Shown here piece after piece: positions 1-8,806 of a stretch of DNA of 64,000 nt (positions within the stretch are counted from its first letter, which is position 1; every line of letters starts with the position of its first letter). Source of the DNA: an uncultured Thermoprotei archaeon (lineage in GTDB: Archaea > Thermoproteota > Thermoprotei > Thermofilales > B15-G2). The notes under the pieces are model-generated. The model was not told the DNA's origin, ran no database searches, and saw only the letters and a program-made list of their open reading frames with translations. The stretch covers positions 2,361-66,360 of the forward strand of contig CBDUKN010000011.1 of the NCBI GenBank assembly GCA_965367815.1, written 5' to 3'. A program made the position numbers and the translations under genes.

Positions 1-435
1 TACTGCTATTTCTTGGTTTCCTATGCTTATTAATGCTATTTTTATTTGTGTTTTTGTGAAATAGTTTATTAATTCTGTTTGGTATTTGTATACTTTGTTT
101 TTTACTATTTTTACTATATTTCCAGGTGCTAGTGTTATTGTGTGGTGTGTTCCTTGGGCTTCGAGGTAGTCTGGTGCCTGTACTACTATTCCGTGTACTC
201 TGAGTGCCTCTCTGAAGTCGTCGTACTCTATTTTTATGACTTTGAGTCCCATGTAGACTTTTACTCTTTCTCCTCTTTCCGTTTTGAGACCTCTGCTGTA
301 TTTTAGCTGTCTTGTTGTCCAGGCGTGTACTGTGTCTTCTGGCTCTATGAAGAGTGCTAAGAATAGGAGGTCTTCTGGTGTATCTATTTTTATTTCGAAG
401 GTGTTTTTGCGGAGGTCTTGTTGTAGAATTTCCAC
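1..435 (-). CDS. pelA: Pelota/Dom34 ribosome rescue factor, N-terminal part (runs off the window's left edge; not in ORF track)
   Basis: Manual translation from GTG at 435 gives MEILQQDLRKNTFEIKIDTPEDLLFLALFIEPEDTVHAWTTRQLK...GERVKVYMGLKVIKIEYDDFREALRVHGIVV...GTHHTITL, the pelota N-terminal Sm-like domain pattern; open to position 1. Confidence 0.88.
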   Translation of the reverse strand, partial: MEILQQDLRKNTFEIKIDTPEDLLFLALFIEPEDTVHAWTTRQLKYSRGLKTERGERVKVYMGLKVIKIEYDDFREALRVHGIVVQAPDYLEAQGTHHTITLAPGNIVKIVKNKVYKYQTELINYFTKTQIKIALISIGNQEIAV

Positions 436-442
436 GTTTTAG

Positions 443-1120
443 TTAGAGTAAGCCTAGCTTAATTTCTATTGCTGTGAGTACTCGTGAAGTAACTGTCCAG
501 GAGGCGAGTGCTTCGTCAAATATTTTTACTCTTTCGTCTGCGAGCATGTATATGTCTGGGGAGAATGTTCCTGACTGAAAGCACCCTATTATTATGCAGG
601 GGTTTCCGTGTTTCACTATTTCTTCTGCGAAAGAGAGAGCGCTCTTTTTTGCTCCCATTTCGTCCATTAGGTAAATGTGGCTGCACTTGCTTGTTATGGC
701 TTTTAGTGTTGTCTCTTCTATTTTTATTAAGGGGTCTTCGCTGTCGGGCGGGACTTTGCCTTCCGCGAGAAGCTGCTCCATGAGACCTATGAAACGGAAG
801 TAGTTTTTGGGTATTCTGACGTCTTGCCTGAATTTCATTATTTTTCCGGCGTAGGTGTGGGCGTATACTTGGAGCATTCCTTTTCTGTTGAGGGGCGAGT
901 CGAGGGCTTCTAGGAGACACAGGTGGAGTATGTCTGGGCGGCCTCTTTTCCACCAGTCTTTCAGCTCTTTCATTGCTGAGTAATGGAAGCTTATGTCTAG
1001 TAGACATTTTTTGGGGGATTTTCCTCTTTTAGAAGCCCACCTTTTTACGCTGGGGTGTTTCCAGAGCTCTGGTGGCACTAGTTCTACTCCTGCTTCGGCG
1101 AAAATTAGTGTCAGCTTCAC
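443..1120 (-). CDS. nep1: 16S rRNA pseudouridine N1-methyltransferase Nep1/EMG1 (SPOUT)
   Basis: LLDISFHYSAM, RGRPDILH, LDSPLN, RIPKNYFRFIGLMEQLL motifs. Confidence 0.95.
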   Translation of the reverse strand: MKLTLIFAEAGVELVPPELWKHPSVKRWASKRGKSPKKCLLDISFHYSAMKELKDWWKRGRPDILHLCLLEALDSPLNRKGMLQVYAHTYAGKIMKFRQDVRIPKNYFRFIGLMEQLLAEGKVPPDSEDPLIKIEETTLKAITSKCSHIYLMDEMGAKKSALSFAEEIVKHGNPCIIIGCFQSGTFSPDIYMLADERVKIFDEALASWTVTSRVLTAIEIKLGLL

Positions 1121-1534
1121 TGGTCTAAGTGTTTTTATCTAGCTAAAATATTTTTCACTTAACCGCTTTTATGGCTCAACTAATGGTATTATTGAAAAGC
1201 TCCATTGCCATTATCTGCAGTTATTTTTAATGTATTTTTAGAAAAAGAGATTTATTTTTCTTTATTTTCAGAAAAAGATAATATATAAATTCAATATATC
1301 TAGAAAAGATTTTTATTTTGATGTTATACTGTTTTTTCGGCTTTATATGTTTTCTTTATTAAGTTTTACACATTAAATGTCACGTATTTGTCATTAGAAA
1401 GAAAATTTTTTCTATATTGAGTTCGATCAAGTGATATTTTTCTCTTTTCCTTTATTATAGTGGGATTTTTTCTTAATCATCATCGAGTGAAAAGGAATAT
1501 ATATGCTGATGGTGTAAAGAGTTATGGTGATAGA

Positions 1535-1678
1535 ATGTACAAATGCCCTAAGTGTGGAGCAGATGTAGAAAAACCCCTAAAGACATGGCAGCTAGCACCA
1601 AAGGGCAGAAAACCTGTCACTGTAGGTCTCTTTAAGTGTCCCAAGTGCGGTGCTTACTTCAGAAAGGGTGTAAAGTAA
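1535..1678 (+). CDS. creN7: Chromatin protein Cren7, zinc-ribbon type
   Basis: From ATG 1535 (SD-like GGTGA upstream): [47 protein letters not shown]; the W-x-LAPKGRK and GLFK signatures are those of Cren7. Confidence 0.9.
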   Translation: MYKCPKCGADVEKPLKTWQLAPKGRKPVTVGLFKCPKCGAYFRKGVK

Positions 1679-1814
1679 ACATTGGATAGCTTGCTGTGAA
1701 AAATAAATATTAATTGTATTTTTTGTTTTATTTTTGCCTAAGATTTGGGGATGAGTTTAAAATAGTTTTGTTTGAATAATGTTTTGTGTAAAAATTTTAG
1801 AGGGTGCTGTAGGA

Positions 1815-2342
1815 ATGATTAGAGTAATTGCTGTCGGAGACTTTCATGTTCCGTGGAGAGCACAGAGTGTTCCTGGCAGAGTTTTATCTTTTTTAGCCGA
1901 ATTTGCTCCTGACTTAATTTTGTGTACAGGTGACTTGGGGTGCAGAGAGGTTTTAGATCTGCTTTGGAAGCTTGCTCCTGTCGTCTGTGTGAGAGGAGAA
2001 GTAGACTGGCTTGATTTGCCTTCTCTAGAACGCGTAGAAGTTCTTGGAGTTAGGTTTCTATTAGTGCATAGCGTAAGGGATGCTTGTTTGCCGAGGAAAG
2101 ACGTAGATGTAATTTTGTTCGGACATACACACGTACCTTATGTTCGGACTACTGTTGTAGAGAATAAGCCCGTTCTTTTGCTAAATCCTGGTTCTGCTAC
2201 TGGAGCTGTTCCTGGATCTGCTCCTTCTCTTACAGTCCTGTCTGTGGAAAGAGAAGTCGTGGAAATTGAGCTATATGAGTTTTTGTTAGAGAGCTCTGCA
2301 AGAGTTTTAAGGCGCTGCTACTTGAAGGAGACTTCTTGGTAA
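1815..2342 (+). CDS. YfcE/Vps29-like metallophosphoesterase
   Basis: GDFH, TGDL, RGEVD, FGHTH, LNPGS calcineurin-like motifs; probable start ATG 1815 (track starts at 1779). Confidence 0.88.
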   Translation: MIRVIAVGDFHVPWRAQSVPGRVLSFLAEFAPDLILCTGDLGCREVLDLLWKLAPVVCVRGEVDWLDLPSLERVEVLGVRFLLVHSVRDACLPRKDVDVILFGHTHVPYVRTTVVENKPVLLLNPGSATGAVPGSAPSLTVLSVEREVVEIELYEFLLESSARVLRRCYLKETSW

Positions 2343-2695
2343 ATCGCATCTATTATTGTCTCTTTGCCGCAGACAGGACATTTTCCTTCTTTTTTGTGCA
2401 CGTAGTCTCCTTTCTTGAACTCTCTCCTCTTTTCGTATCCGCAGGCGTAGCACTTGACTACGGTATATATGTGGAATACAGGGACTTTGATTTTTAGAGA
2501 CCTGTAGAGGGAGTATATGGCGAAGAAGGCCATGGCTCCGGAAATTGCCAGAAACGTGAGCCCTATTTTCTGCCCTAGCTGTTTTTCGCTGAGAGTGCTG
2601 AAGGCGAGAGCTATCATTGCTATGGAGAAAAGGAGAAGTAGTGTTGAGATGAATATTCGCTGCTGTTTAAGCTTTTTAAGTTCCTCTGAAGACAC
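2318..2695 (-). CDS. Conserved membrane protein with two TM helices and a C-terminal zinc ribbon
   Basis: Two hydrophobic segments followed by CYAC...CPVC. Confidence 0.75.
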   Translation of the reverse strand: MSSEELKKLKQQRIFISTLLLLFSIAMIALAFSTLSEKQLGQKIGLTFLAISGAMAFFAIYSLYRSLKIKVPVFHIYTVVKCYACGYEKRREFKKGDYVHKKEGKCPVCGKETIIDAIYQEVSFK

Positions 2696-2738
2696 ATGTG
2701 AGATAAAAGGTATGTGTTTATTTATTTTCCCTCGCTAG

Positions 2739-3857
2739 CTAGGGAAGTACCCCCACGGTATTTCCGACTCCTATTAACAGTACTGTGCTTCCGGCGCTAC
2801 ATCTCTCTAGCACTATGTGCTTTACTCTGTCTACTGCCCGCTTTACTCCCTGGAGAATGTCCTTTGTCATTACCGAGAGGGCTTCCGCACTCGACATTTT
2901 TATGAGAATTGAATATATAGGAAGATTGGAGCGGGCCGCTATTTTCTCTATGTTAAACTTCTCGATTCCTAAGCCGCCGATAGCCACTCCTACTCCCTCG
3001 ACTACTGTTCCAGATTTTTCTCCCTCGAATTTTGCTGCAGCGTCAACGAATATCAGAAGAGATACTTTGCCGTATTTAGCGATGACGTTTTCGACAGCAT
3101 CGTCAAGCCTGCCTGTTGAGCTCATAGGCCCTTTGGCTTTAATCACTAAAACTTTTCTTCCATTAAGTGTTGTCTCTATAAGGAGTGTTTCTTTAGCTAT
3201 TTCTATAGGAGGACTCATTGTATCAGCTAGCATGGCGAACTTTGCTGCCACGAGCGGGCCTACGCTGTCTCCTATGGGTATGTTATTGTTTAAGGCTTTT
3301 AGTCCACTTTCTAGCGCCTTTATTTCTTCATGAATAAACGGAAGTTGTGACTGTAGCTGCAGGAGTAGCCAGAGGCTCTTGAACCTCTTTCCTAGCCTAT
3401 AGTAGTGGTCTATATACTTGTAGATGTATCTTAAAGTATGTGCTGCACTCACTAGACTTTTAAGTCTTTCTACATCTACCAAATCGGCCTTTGGGACTAA
3501 GCGGAGAACTTCGGATGTCATGTTTTCGTCTGCGACGAGAACTATGTGCTTAAGCTTATCTACTACACCGTAGGGGTCTCGGCTCTCAGGCTCAATTATA
3601 ACTGACTCTATAAGCTCCTTGACTCTGTCTTCGAGAGCCTTTATGTCGACTGTACTTCCGCTTTTGGCAGCTACTTCCTTGAATGCGTTTACTGCTGTAA
3701 GTATTGCTTTATCAGAAACTTTTTTCAAGATTCCTAGGTACATTTCTATTTCCTTTATTATCTTCCATATTTCCAGCTCTCTACTCAGGTAGGCGAAGAG
3801 CATCACTGCTATTATCCATGCAAACCACTCTTGAAACATGTCTGCGCCGCTTGACAT
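2739..3857 (-). CDS. DUF1512 family protein
   Basis: N-terminal TM; PIGDSVGPLVA, IFVDAAAKFEGEKSGTVVEGVGVAIGG, LIGVGNTVGV motifs. Confidence 0.8.
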   Translation of the reverse strand: MSSGADMFQEWFAWIIAVMLFAYLSRELEIWKIIKEIEMYLGILKKVSDKAILTAVNAFKEVAAKSGSTVDIKALEDRVKELIESVIIEPESRDPYGVVDKLKHIVLVADENMTSEVLRLVPKADLVDVERLKSLVSAAHTLRYIYKYIDHYYRLGKRFKSLWLLLQLQSQLPFIHEEIKALESGLKALNNNIPIGDSVGPLVAAKFAMLADTMSPPIEIAKETLLIETTLNGRKVLVIKAKGPMSSTGRLDDAVENVIAKYGKVSLLIFVDAAAKFEGEKSGTVVEGVGVAIGGLGIEKFNIEKIAARSNLPIYSILIKMSSAEALSVMTKDILQGVKRAVDRVKHIVLERCSAGSTVLLIGVGNTVGVLP

Positions 3858-3946
3858 AAATTTCTACGCAATATACTGAGGGCAATCTTTAAACTTAACG
3901 CTCTCTCTGAAACGCTTTTATAGGTGTTAGGTTTTTAGAAACTGTA

Positions 3947-4000
3947 GCTGTGATGAAATTTTCGCGCACCGATCGGTGATTGAAGGGTCTTTTCTGAGCT
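3947..4000 (+). ncRNA. C/D box guide sRNA
   Basis: C box GTGATGA 3950-3956, D' CCGA, C' GTGATTGA, D CTGA 3994-3997, AGC/GCT terminal stem. Confidence 0.8.
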
Positions 4001-4006
4001 CAAGTA

Positions 4007-4061
4007 AGGTCAGCGTCGAAGATTGTCATCATTTTTCAGGCCCGCAGGACTTCATCACTAG
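4007..4061 (-). ncRNA. C/D box guide sRNA
   Basis: Minus strand GTGATGA-AGTCCTGCGGGC-CTGA-AAA-ATGATGA-CAATCTTCGACG-CTGA: four consensus boxes and two 12-nt guides. Confidence 0.9.
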
Positions 4062-4119
4062 CAAGGGAATAGAATTAAAGTTATAAAAGTCTTCGCATAA
4101 GAGAAAGGTTGTTAGCTCT

Positions 4120-5079
4120 ATGTCTCTGAGAACTGTAGAGTACTTGGGTAGAGTCAAGCTTCTGGCGAGGGAAGGTTATTTCGACTCCCTTATTGCTGAG
4201 ATTCGTAGTCTAGACGATGCTGCTGTCGAGTATTTCTCTAAGCGGCTATCTAAGGTAGGTATCTCAGAGAAAAGAGGCTTCTTTAAGTCTATTTTACCTA
4301 CGTTCATTTTCTCTATAATAGACTCTCTTGCCCCTTACTTGAGGTTAACTACTTCACGTATAGTGAAAGAGTACTCATCACTAGTCGACGTTATGGGAGA
4401 TCCTGAAGAAGACTTCGTCAACTATACGTGTGCTGAGGAAATAGAGACTGCACTTGATACTCTCAGGTGGATGTCCCGGCTAAGTGACTTTAAGAAAATA
4501 GCCTTGTCAAAGGCTATTTCCGTTATCTCCGAGGTTCTTTATTCAAAGGGCTCCATGCTTTCTAATATTCAGTCATTAGCCGATGCTCTGAGTAAAAAGA
4601 TTCTAGACGATTTATCTACTATATACAATTACTTTGAAATAAAGAAAAAAACACTTATCATAGGACTTCTACTTAAAACTAAGTGCTCAGGAAACAGATC
4701 GCACATCGACGTACTGAGATTAAGTCTGCTGGCCCTGCCTGGAATAGATCAGCGTATAACAAACCTCTTCTTATATTACTTGACTAAAGTACTATTTAAA
4801 GACGAAGCTTCCCTAAGCTCGCTACACGTACCTATAGACCCACATGTAGCTAGACCTGCAATTAGGGTAGGTATAGTATCTAAGCTGCCGAGTAACCCTA
4901 GGTACGCTTCAAACAGATACAGGGAGTTTCAGACTATTGCAAAAGTTCTTTTCCCTGATGACCCCACAGCCCTTTATACACTGAAGCTTGTTGGACTAAA
5001 GTTCTGTAAACACAAGCCTGCTTGTGACCTATGCCCTCTATTTTTCAACTGTGATTACGCCTTAACATCACCCGAATAA
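4120..5079 (+). CDS. HhH-GPD (endonuclease III-like) superfamily protein with N-terminal extension and [4Fe-4S] motif
   Basis: HhH LLALPGIDQRITN, PIDPHVAR (conserved Asp), C-terminal CKHKPACDLCPLFFNC. Confidence 0.75.
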   Translation: MSLRTVEYLGRVKLLAREGYFDSLIAEIRSLDDAAVEYFSKRLSKVGISEKRGFFKSILPTFIFSIIDSLAPYLRLTTSRIVKEYSSLVDVMGDPEEDFVNYTCAEEIETALDTLRWMSRLSDFKKIALSKAISVISEVLYSKGSMLSNIQSLADALSKKILDDLSTIYNYFEIKKKTLIIGLLLKTKCSGNRSHIDVLRLSLLALPGIDQRITNLFLYYLTKVLFKDEASLSSLHVPIDPHVARPAIRVGIVSKLPSNPRYASNRYREFQTIAKVLFPDDPTALYTLKLVGLKFCKHKPACDLCPLFFNCDYALTSPE

Positions 5080-5154
5080 CACTCAGAAAATATTACAAAT
5101 AATAAACGCCTTTCTGCTTAATATCTTTAATAGATTTTACTCCATAAGCTCAGC

Positions 5155-5916
5155 GTGAAGAATAAGCCTCTTAACGAGGTAACTAAAGGAGAACTAAAGT
5201 CTCTTGTTAGAAAATTCTCCAAAAAGGGGCTAAAGCTCTATGATACCTCTGGGAAAGTACTTGGCTTTATTGTGAAAATATCTGTAGACAAACACACTAA
5301 AAGAGCAAAATCAATTGTAGTAGTACTCGAGAGTGGTGCTAGAAAAACTTACTCTGCAGAAAAAATAGAGGTTAACCCGAAGAAAGGCTTTATCTTAGTA
5401 CCCAAGAAAACTCGACGCGAAAATAAACCTAAGCCTTCTCTAACGCCTGCTCCTCAAGAAAATATTTCTCAAGACATATCGTACACAGAAGCAGAGTTAT
5501 CAAAAATTATCACTGAAATAAAATCTCTAGAAGAAGAAATGAAGAGAATAATAGACGCCAAAGCCAAAATCTGCGTTAAGTACGCGAGAAACGAAATAAG
5601 CGAAACTTTTGCTCAGAAAATGCTAGCAGATCTCGATAGGAAAATGGCTCAGCTCACCGAGCAAGCGCTAAAACTTCTGCCTTACACTAAGGAGCTCTAT
5701 CAAGTACTTAGAGGGTACAGATTAAAGCTTGTAAGGGAATACGAGGAAGAATACATAAAAGTCATGCTGTGCGGAACTCGTGCAGACACACAAGTAAAAC
5801 TCAGCTATCTTAAAGAAAAACTAGACAGAATAGACTCCTTAATGACTAACCTTCAGTCGCTAGAGCTGCTTCTTAAGCGCGTACGCTCACTGAGTACTTC
5901 TCCGGTAACAATATAA
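5155..5916 (+). CDS. PRC-barrel + coiled-coil protein, CdvA-like
   Basis: N-terminal KLYDTSGKVLGFIVKI...EKIEV...ILVP PRC pattern, Pro-rich linker, long heptad helices with KYARNEISE. Confidence 0.55.
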   Translation: MKNKPLNEVTKGELKSLVRKFSKKGLKLYDTSGKVLGFIVKISVDKHTKRAKSIVVVLESGARKTYSAEKIEVNPKKGFILVPKKTRRENKPKPSLTPAPQENISQDISYTEAELSKIITEIKSLEEEMKRIIDAKAKICVKYARNEISETFAQKMLADLDRKMAQLTEQALKLLPYTKELYQVLRGYRLKLVREYEEEYIKVMLCGTRADTQVKLSYLKEKLDRIDSLMTNLQSLELLLKRVRSLSTSPVTI

Positions 5917-5940
5917 GCCTCGGCGAGACCTCTCTACTAC

Positions 5941-5995
5941 AGAGTGATGAGGGTCTTAAGTGATGATAGGTGATTAGAAACCCACGCTCTGACTT
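5941..5995 (+). ncRNA. C/D box guide sRNA
   Basis: C GTGATGA 5944-5950, guide GGGTCTTAAGTG, D' ATGA, C' GGTGATT, guide AGAAACCCACGCT, D CTGA 5989-5992. Confidence 0.8.
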
Positions 5996-6153
5996 TATTC
6001 TTCGCGCACATACTCTAATATAATGTGGAATGTGTTCTTACCGCACTTCTTACAGTAAAGGTAGAGCTGTTTAAAATCCCTTATATCATAGCCTACTCTA
6101 AGCTCTTTCTCTTCACCGCACTCTTGACATTTAATCCTCCAGTATCCAGTCAT
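5995..6153 (-). CDS. Small zinc-ribbon protein (52 aa) ending in Glu-Glu; not in ORF track
   Basis: Manual translation MTGYWRIKCQECGEEKELRVGYDIRDFKQLYLYCKKCGKNTFHIILEYVREE; SD GAGGTGA overlaps the stop of the upstream RimK-family gene. Confidence 0.85.
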   Translation of the reverse strand: MTGYWRIKCQECGEEKELRVGYDIRDFKQLYLYCKKCGKNTFHIILEYVREE

Positions 6154-6158
6154 TTCTA

Positions 6159-7040
6159 TCACCTCTTTACTTCTTCTTCAACATACTTGACGATAGCTAA
6201 AGGTACGTCGACTCCTGTAACTTTACAGAGTTCCTCGAAATCTGGACTCCCGTTAACTTCTACTATTACCGGCCCCTCTTTCGTCTCTACTATGTCTACG
6301 CCGGCGTAGCCTAGTTTAAGGCACTCAGCTGCCTTAACGGCTATTTCTCTATACTCGGGTGGCAGCGTACACTTTTCACCTCGTCCCCCTTGAGCTATAT
6401 TCGTCTTCCAAGAGCCTGGTGCAGCATACCTATACATTGATGCAACAACCTCTCCTCCAACTACAAACGCCCTTATATCTCTTCCCGGCTTCTCGAGGTA
6501 CTCTTGAACATAGAGCGGCTTTCTAAACTCTAGGAGAGTCTTCATGACTTCAAAAGCCACATCAGGGTCGCTTACTTTCACAGATCCGTAGCCCCTGGAG
6601 CCCATTATGGGCTTAACTACTACCTCTCCTAGTCCTTTTACAGCAGTAAGCGCTGACCCTAAGTTTTCTGAAATAAAAGTCCTTGGAACAGGTAGTCCCT
6701 CTTTCTCTAGTATAGCTAAAGTGAGGTACTTATTTCGAGTAATGAATAGAGCCTGCGTAGAATTAACTACCTTTATTCCATACAGCTCCATATGCATAAA
6801 GAAGCCTATTCTAGCTAAAAACTGCTCAACGCTTATTGAGAGACCAAAAGACCGTAAAAGTACAGCATTAGGTAAAAAAGACCTATTTCCTACAATAAAC
6901 CTCGGGCCCCCGCCTATCCATGCGCCTATTCTTCTGAGAGAAACATAAATTCCCCTATGTCCTCTTCGCTTTATTGCATCTAAAAGCCTCCTGCAAGCAT
7001 GAGGCGGGAGCGGAGCGTCGTGTACTACAGCAATATCCAT
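6159..7040 (-). CDS. RimK/LysX family ATP-grasp alpha-L-glutamate ligase
   Basis: RNKYLT, VVKPIMGSRGYG, YVQEYL, DIRAFVVGG, WKTNIAQGG, EVNGSP; probable start MDIAVV at 7040 (track starts at 7103). Confidence 0.92.
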   Translation of the reverse strand: MDIAVVHDAPLPPHACRRLLDAIKRRGHRGIYVSLRRIGAWIGGGPRFIVGNRSFLPNAVLLRSFGLSISVEQFLARIGFFMHMELYGIKVVNSTQALFITRNKYLTLAILEKEGLPVPRTFISENLGSALTAVKGLGEVVVKPIMGSRGYGSVKVSDPDVAFEVMKTLLEFRKPLYVQEYLEKPGRDIRAFVVGGEVVASMYRYAAPGSWKTNIAQGGRGEKCTLPPEYREIAVKAAECLKLGYAGVDIVETKEGPVIVEVNGSPDFEELCKVTGVDVPLAIVKYVEEEVKR

Positions 7041-7111
7041 AGTTCTCACTACACATAGTCGCCGCACTAGATAAACTTTATATAAGGACTCCAGCAAATT
7101 CACGTTCTAGT

Positions 7112-8806
7112 GTGACTACGTTCACTAAAACCATACAATATATATTTTCACTAGACCCTTACTACAAGTTGTTTGCCTTAAGCCACACAAAGCTTGTCGC
7201 AGAATCCTCGCTTAAATCGCTCATAAAGGACCTCGCATCGCTGCAGTTAGCTAGTGGAGCATTTCCTGCCGGCTGGAATGTACTTTACTCTGAAAGCCCT
7301 TTAGCATCTGCGAAAGCCCTTTTAGTAATGAGGACGCTGCCTGAAGCATCTAACAGAATAATTAAGTATTTAAAGGAGAGTATTTCGTCGTACGGATTCT
7401 GGAAAGAAAACCCTACTCAGCTTTCAGCTGTGGAAGACTTTATTAATCCCCGCGACTACACGACGTCAAGTCTATACTCAAGCCTCTTGGCAGCATATGC
7501 TCTTAAATTAGCTGGATGCAAGACCTATGAGAACTTCATTGAAGCTCTTAAAGCGGCCCAAACCTCTAATGGTTTGTGGTATTCTCAAGACCGGCCCTCG
7601 GTGCTGATATCTTCATTGGCAATAATACTCTTTAAGGACTCTCTTGGCGAATCTGCACTTCTTGCAGCTAAAGGTCTTAAGTCCCTCCTGCCTACACTCG
7701 ACCCATCTCCTCTTACAGCACTTGCCTACTTAGGACTAGGACTTTTAAACCCAGATTATGCTAGAAAAGGACTAGAAATACTGCGCGACAAACAGCTACC
7801 AAATGGTGGCTGGGGAGTGAAACAGAAAATTTCTAGCCCTGCTTTAACGTCGCTTATACTCTTTATATTATCAAAATACAGTGTTCTAAATACTTATAAA
7901 CATCTTACATCAAGTTTAAATAGTTATTATTCTAAACTACTTGAACTAAAGAAAATAATAATTAACAACTATCCTATTATCGAAAGCAAACTAAAAAATT
8001 TACTCATACATAACTATATACTTTTTCCAAAGAGCAAAAAAGAGACTTTAATGCGAATATTCGTTCTCTCCACCTTTTCTAATTTTAGAGGAGATGTAGA
8101 TATTTTCAATGTTTTTTCAAACTTAATGAAAAGACTCGATTTTAAACCCCTTATAGAGCACACTGACTCAGTTCTCTCTGAAGCTATTTTCGATGTGCTT
8201 TTCAGTTATGATATCTATAGATCGCTTGTTCTCAAGAATACAAAATCAATTATTTTATTTAAGAATTTTATTAAGGAATTTAAAGAATTTGAATGCATTC
8301 CATTAACTTCCTTTACATATAAGCTTGCAGAGTATATTCTCTTCAAGTGTTCTTCCCAAATCCAGGAAAAACTGAGTAACCTGGGAAGACTACTTTATAT
8401 GTATAATCGCAAAATTTTTAATCAATCGACTCTTCTCCTTTGTTTGGAAACTTTACCTGGCTTAAGTAGGTATTCTGCAGATTTCTTCCTGTTTCTGTCC
8501 TGCAATATAACTGGCATAATTAGGTCTCATTACTCATTTTTACCTGTAGACTGGAGCATCGTCAAACCTCTTATTATGTGCGGTGTTTTTTCATCAAAAC
8601 TTATTTCGGCTTATAAGGTTAAAGGAAGAGTCTACGACAGTGTAATCAATTTACTTTCATCTATACTTTATAATAATATTCATAAAGCCTATTACCTTTC
8701 TTATGTTTCTGAACAGTGGTGCTTTAAGAGAACATGTGTGAGTATCAAAGGCCCCTGCCCTCTAGCCTCAATTTGTGTTCAAAAATATAGAAGCTACAGT
8801 CCGTAG
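7112..8806 (+). CDS. Fusion of prenyltransferase/squalene-cyclase-like alpha-alpha repeats and an HhH-GPD glycosylase-like domain
   Basis: Repeats LQLASGAF, YGFW, AQTSNGLW, KQLPNGGWG; C-terminal LETLPGLSRYSADFF, LPVDWSI and a four-Cys cluster CFKRTC...CPLASIC. Confidence 0.65.
   Translation: MTTFTKTIQYIFSLDPYYKLFALSHTKLVAESSLKSLIKDLASLQLASGAFPAGWNVLYSESPLASAKALLVMRTLPEASNRIIKYLKESISSYGFWKENPTQLSAVEDFINPRDYTTSSLYSSLLAAYALKLAGCKTYENFIEALKAAQTSNGLWYSQDRPSVLISSLAIILFKDSLGESALLAAKGLKSLLPTLDPSPLTALAYLGLGLLNPDYARKGLEILRDKQLPNGGWGVKQKISSPALTSLILFILSKYSVLNTYKHLTSSLNSYYSKLLELKKIIINNYPIIESKLKNLLIHNYILFPKSKKETLMRIFVLSTFSNFRGDVDIFNVFSNLMKRLDFKPLIEHTDSVLSEAIFDVLFSYDIYRSLVLKNTKSIILFKNFIKEFKEFECIPLTSFTYKLAEYILFKCSSQIQEKLSNLGRLLYMYNRKIFNQSTLLLCLETLPGLSRYSADFFLFLSCNITGIIRSHYSFLPVDWSIVKPLIMCGVFSSKLISAYKVKGRVYDSVINLLSSILYNNIHKAYYLSYVSEQWCFKRTCVSIKGPCPLASICVQKYRSYSP

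Noticed and set aside
1240-1312. AGAAAA(A)GA repeated at about 31-bp spacing upstream of cren7
   Set aside because: Low-complexity motif in a very AT-rich spacer; chance cannot be excluded, and there are no ORBs to suggest a second origin
1460-1534. Extended N-terminus for Cren7 given by the ORF track
   Set aside because: Runs through the promoter region; ATG 1535 has an SD and matches the family start
5995-6153. Calling the small Zn-ribbon protein LysW and the ligase LysX
   Set aside because: No EDWGE terminus and no lysY/lysZ/lysK genes; the class III aminotransferase is 9 kb away and not demonstrably LysJ
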